Origin: Elsinoe ampelina
Taxonomy: Eukaryota
NCBI GenBank assembly: GCA_010093995.1
Contig: ML992507.1
Span: forward strand, 679,576-743,575
Direction of reading: 5' to 3'
DNA: 64,000 nt
Each line of letters starts with the position of its first letter. Position 1 is the stretch's first letter. Below are positions 61,538 through 64,000 of the stretch, piece by piece. The translations under genes were made by a program, and so were the position numbers. Below the pieces are notes generated by a model. That model worked only from the letters and a program-made list of their open reading frames with translations, had not been told where the DNA came from and did not search any database.

Positions 61538-62039
61538 GGAGGGTGAGATTGTGGCGCGACAGGAGATCGAAGAAGCACGACGCCATTGAAAGAGAATCGG
61601 GGTGCTTCTTCTTGTTGAAAACAAACCGGAAGCAAGCCCGATTTTCCAAGCTGATATCCCCCCAACCCCACAGGGCACAGCCAGGCCTAGAATTCAAGAT
61701 CGTCAGGGATGGCTTTTCAACCGGGAACACCGCAATTCCCATCAATCCCTTTCCTCTGCTTCATATCATATGATTAAAAATGATCTTATCATACCGCTCC
61801 TCCACCCGGGAGGCACTCGCAGATGGCAGGCGTCCGTCTTCATGATAGATCATCTGTCCTGAACGTGCCTGGACAAGAAGGCACATCTTCTGGACATCTG
61901 CAACTGTCACCGGCCCAATCTATAGCCATGTCAATACGGGCTTGGGGTCGATGCTACGGCCCAGAATGCTCATCATTGCGATCAGGACTGACTTGGTAAG
62001 CATTCTTGCCTGAGCTTGAAAGGCATTGAACAGATGATA

Positions 62040-62760
62040 CCGAGCGCATGAACTGTGCTCGGGGTTTTCATGGCTAGTTGGATGGCGTTTTCAGTCTCCT
62101 TCTCCTATGCGGCCCTCTTCCCAGCAATTCCAGAGATTGCTTCGAGCTTCAATACTACTCGGACCATCATAGATATTTCTAACGCTGTCGTCTTCGTCTG
62201 TATGTATGGCCTTGTCAGCATTCACCTGGGTTCCCATCATGGAGGTCTCTGGCAGGAGACTCGCTTGGTATGCTGCAACATTTGTGTTGCTCGCCTTCTC
62301 GATAGCGACAGCGGCGGCCACCCAACGTCGAGACGTGGGTCGCAATGCGATGCTTGTCGCTCCTTCAAGGGACCGTCTTTCACATTGCTGGACAAGCACT
62401 ACTCGCAGATATTTTCCCGCTGGTAAGGCCTTACAATTCTTGCATGACTACCAATCACTGACCCTCATTCTACCAGATTAAGCGAGGTTCTCGTCGGGAC
62501 CATCACCGGTCGGTGGGCTGAACACGTATTGCGTGGAAGCTTGTCCGGCGCAGCGCACAAGGGTGGTCGCGGGGAAGTACATGTTGCAGTATATCGGTGG
62601 GGCAGCGGCGACTGGCGGATTCGTGCCGATGATCGATAGCATCGGGATTGGGATGGCAGGGACGGCGACGGTGGGGATGGTCATGCTTGCTGGGGTGTTG
62701 ACGGCTACTGTGGCTTGGCGTGCAGATGAGTGGAGGGGTGGCGGTACGGGTGCGATCAGA
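62040..62760 (+). pseudogene. Degenerate MFS transporter with frameshifts and a large internal deletion
   Basis: N-terminal TMs (FPAIPEIASSF, GRR) lie in changing frames and are followed almost directly by C-terminal TMs (GLNTYCVE, GKYMLQY, PMIDSIGIG). Confidence 0.7.
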
Positions 62761-63024
62761 GGGGTTGCGCAACAGATTCAAGTACGAGAAGTCACTGGGG
62801 CGCGAAGCTAGACGTCTTTCCCAGGAGCCCAAAGGACACTTCACATGGGATCACTGCTTGGGTGTTTGGAGCCCCACCAGCAGCTTGACTATCACTGGAT
62901 AAGAAATCGCATTCAGGTCCAACGTGTAACGATACCACAAAAGATTGCAAAATTTGTCCAAAATATCCGATCCGTACCGTCTCCCCCAGCCCAATTATCC
63001 AGGATCAAGTCAGTGGTCGTCTCC

Positions 63025-64000
63025 TCACAAAACCGACCCTCCATTCCAAGCAAGACGATTCGGCGACCCATCACCAACAGCATAGATCGCATTCTGAGTA
63101 GCAAGATACTGGATCAAATCCGCCGTCTGCTGCACCGGCAACCCATTCGGGTTCTGCGGCAGAGCCTTGAGGTACACCACCAACCCAGCCACGACCGGAC
63201 TGGAGAAAGACGTGCCCGAGCCCGTCGCGAGTGACGTAGGAGAGTCCTTCCAAGTAGACTCCACAGCTGTACCGTCGGCGAAGATGTCAACATTCGGCCC
63301 GTAATTGGAGTAAGGGGCGCGCGAACGTCCATCGGTAGCGCCGACGCAGATGGCTTTAGGGGCCGAGCACGGCCATCCGTTGGCTGGCTCGTTGGAGTTG
63401 CCCGCGGCCACCACGACGGTGATGCCGTAGTTGTAGGCGATGGTGATCAGGTCGTCGAAGGTCGGGTCTGGACCCCCGCCGTAGGAAATGTTGATGACGG
63501 CTTTGCTGGCGCGGCCGTTGTTGATGATGTCGTGCACTGCCCAGTTGAAGCCGGCCATGATGTCGCCTCCGAGGCCGCCGCCGTCGTCTTGGGCTATCTT
63601 GACCGAGATGAGGTTGGTTCGCTTGGCTGAACCGTAGGTGGCGGCGCCGACCATACCGGCCACGAAAGTGCCATGGCCGCCTAGGTCGGTGAAGCCAGAT
63701 GTGATGCCAGTGGCTGTGACGACGCCGTTGTAGGCACGGCCGCCGAATTCGACGTGGCCAATGTTAATGCCGGAGTCGATGATGTAGGCCCAGGTACCTA
63801 CACCGGCAGAGTCATCGTAAACAAAGGTTGTCGCGGCAGGGTCACGGTTTCCCAGACTTTTTAAAGCTTTGGGCGCATTGCCTTGAGTGATCTTGGCCGA
63901 TGGGTAGTAGATTGGCTCGCGGGCTACTGATTGGACGTCAGACTGGGCCTGCAATTCGGCGACAGTGGCTGGGTCGAAGTGACCCGAGTATCCTTTGAAA
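63025..64000 (-). CDS. Subtilisin S8 (proteinase K-like) serine protease, 5' end outside the window
   Basis: End of I9 propeptide (FKGYSGHF), catalytic triad motifs IIDSG, GHGTF and GTSFSSP, and oxyanion motif AAGN. Confidence 0.94.
   Translation of the reverse strand, partial: FKGYSGHFDPATVAELQAQSDVQSVAREPIYYPSAKITQGNAPKALKSLGNRDPAATTFVYDDSAGVGTWAYIIDSGINIGHVEFGGRAYNGVVTATGITSGFTDLGGHGTFVAGMVGAATYGSAKRTNLISVKIAQDDGGGLGGDIMAGFNWAVHDIINNGRASKAVINISYGGGPDPTFDDLITIAYNYGITVVVAAGNSNEPANGWPCSAPKAICVGATDGRSRAPYSNYGPNVDIFADGTAVESTWKDSPTSLATGSGTSFSSPVVAGLVVYLKALPQNPNGLPVQQTADLIQYLATQNAIYAVGDGSPNRLAWNGGSVL

Overview
Intron-rich filamentous ascomycete DNA (Pezizomycotina; probably a Dothideomycete, inferred from gene content and RIP signature). 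About 20 intact protein genes were reconstructed by reading GT-AG introns. They include PRP31, SEC13, an unusually long PEX20, a thioesterase, a 2EXR protein, a carboxylesterase, a Baeyer-Villiger monooxygenase, cyclin B, mitochondrial uL2, glyoxylate reductase, a DHA1 MFS transporter, an F-box protein, three Zn2Cys6 factors, a hybrid histidine kinase, a subtilisin and several secreted proteins; a few gene relics are also present. Two ORF-free AT-rich blocks are RIP-destroyed transposons. (1) 11696-16479 is a compound Tc1/mariner structure (TA target site, 40-bp outer TIRs). It consists of a fold-back non-autonomous unit fused to a DD34E element that also carries a second, convergent Cys/His-motif gene. 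(2) 19824-25158 is a Ty1/copia element with a truncated 3' LTR, flanked by an exact 69-bp duplication instead of a 5-bp TSD. The most pervasive unexplained signal is a set of sharp local C-rich to G-rich skew inversions on the + strand, centred inside at least six genes and affecting introns and UTRs as well as codons.
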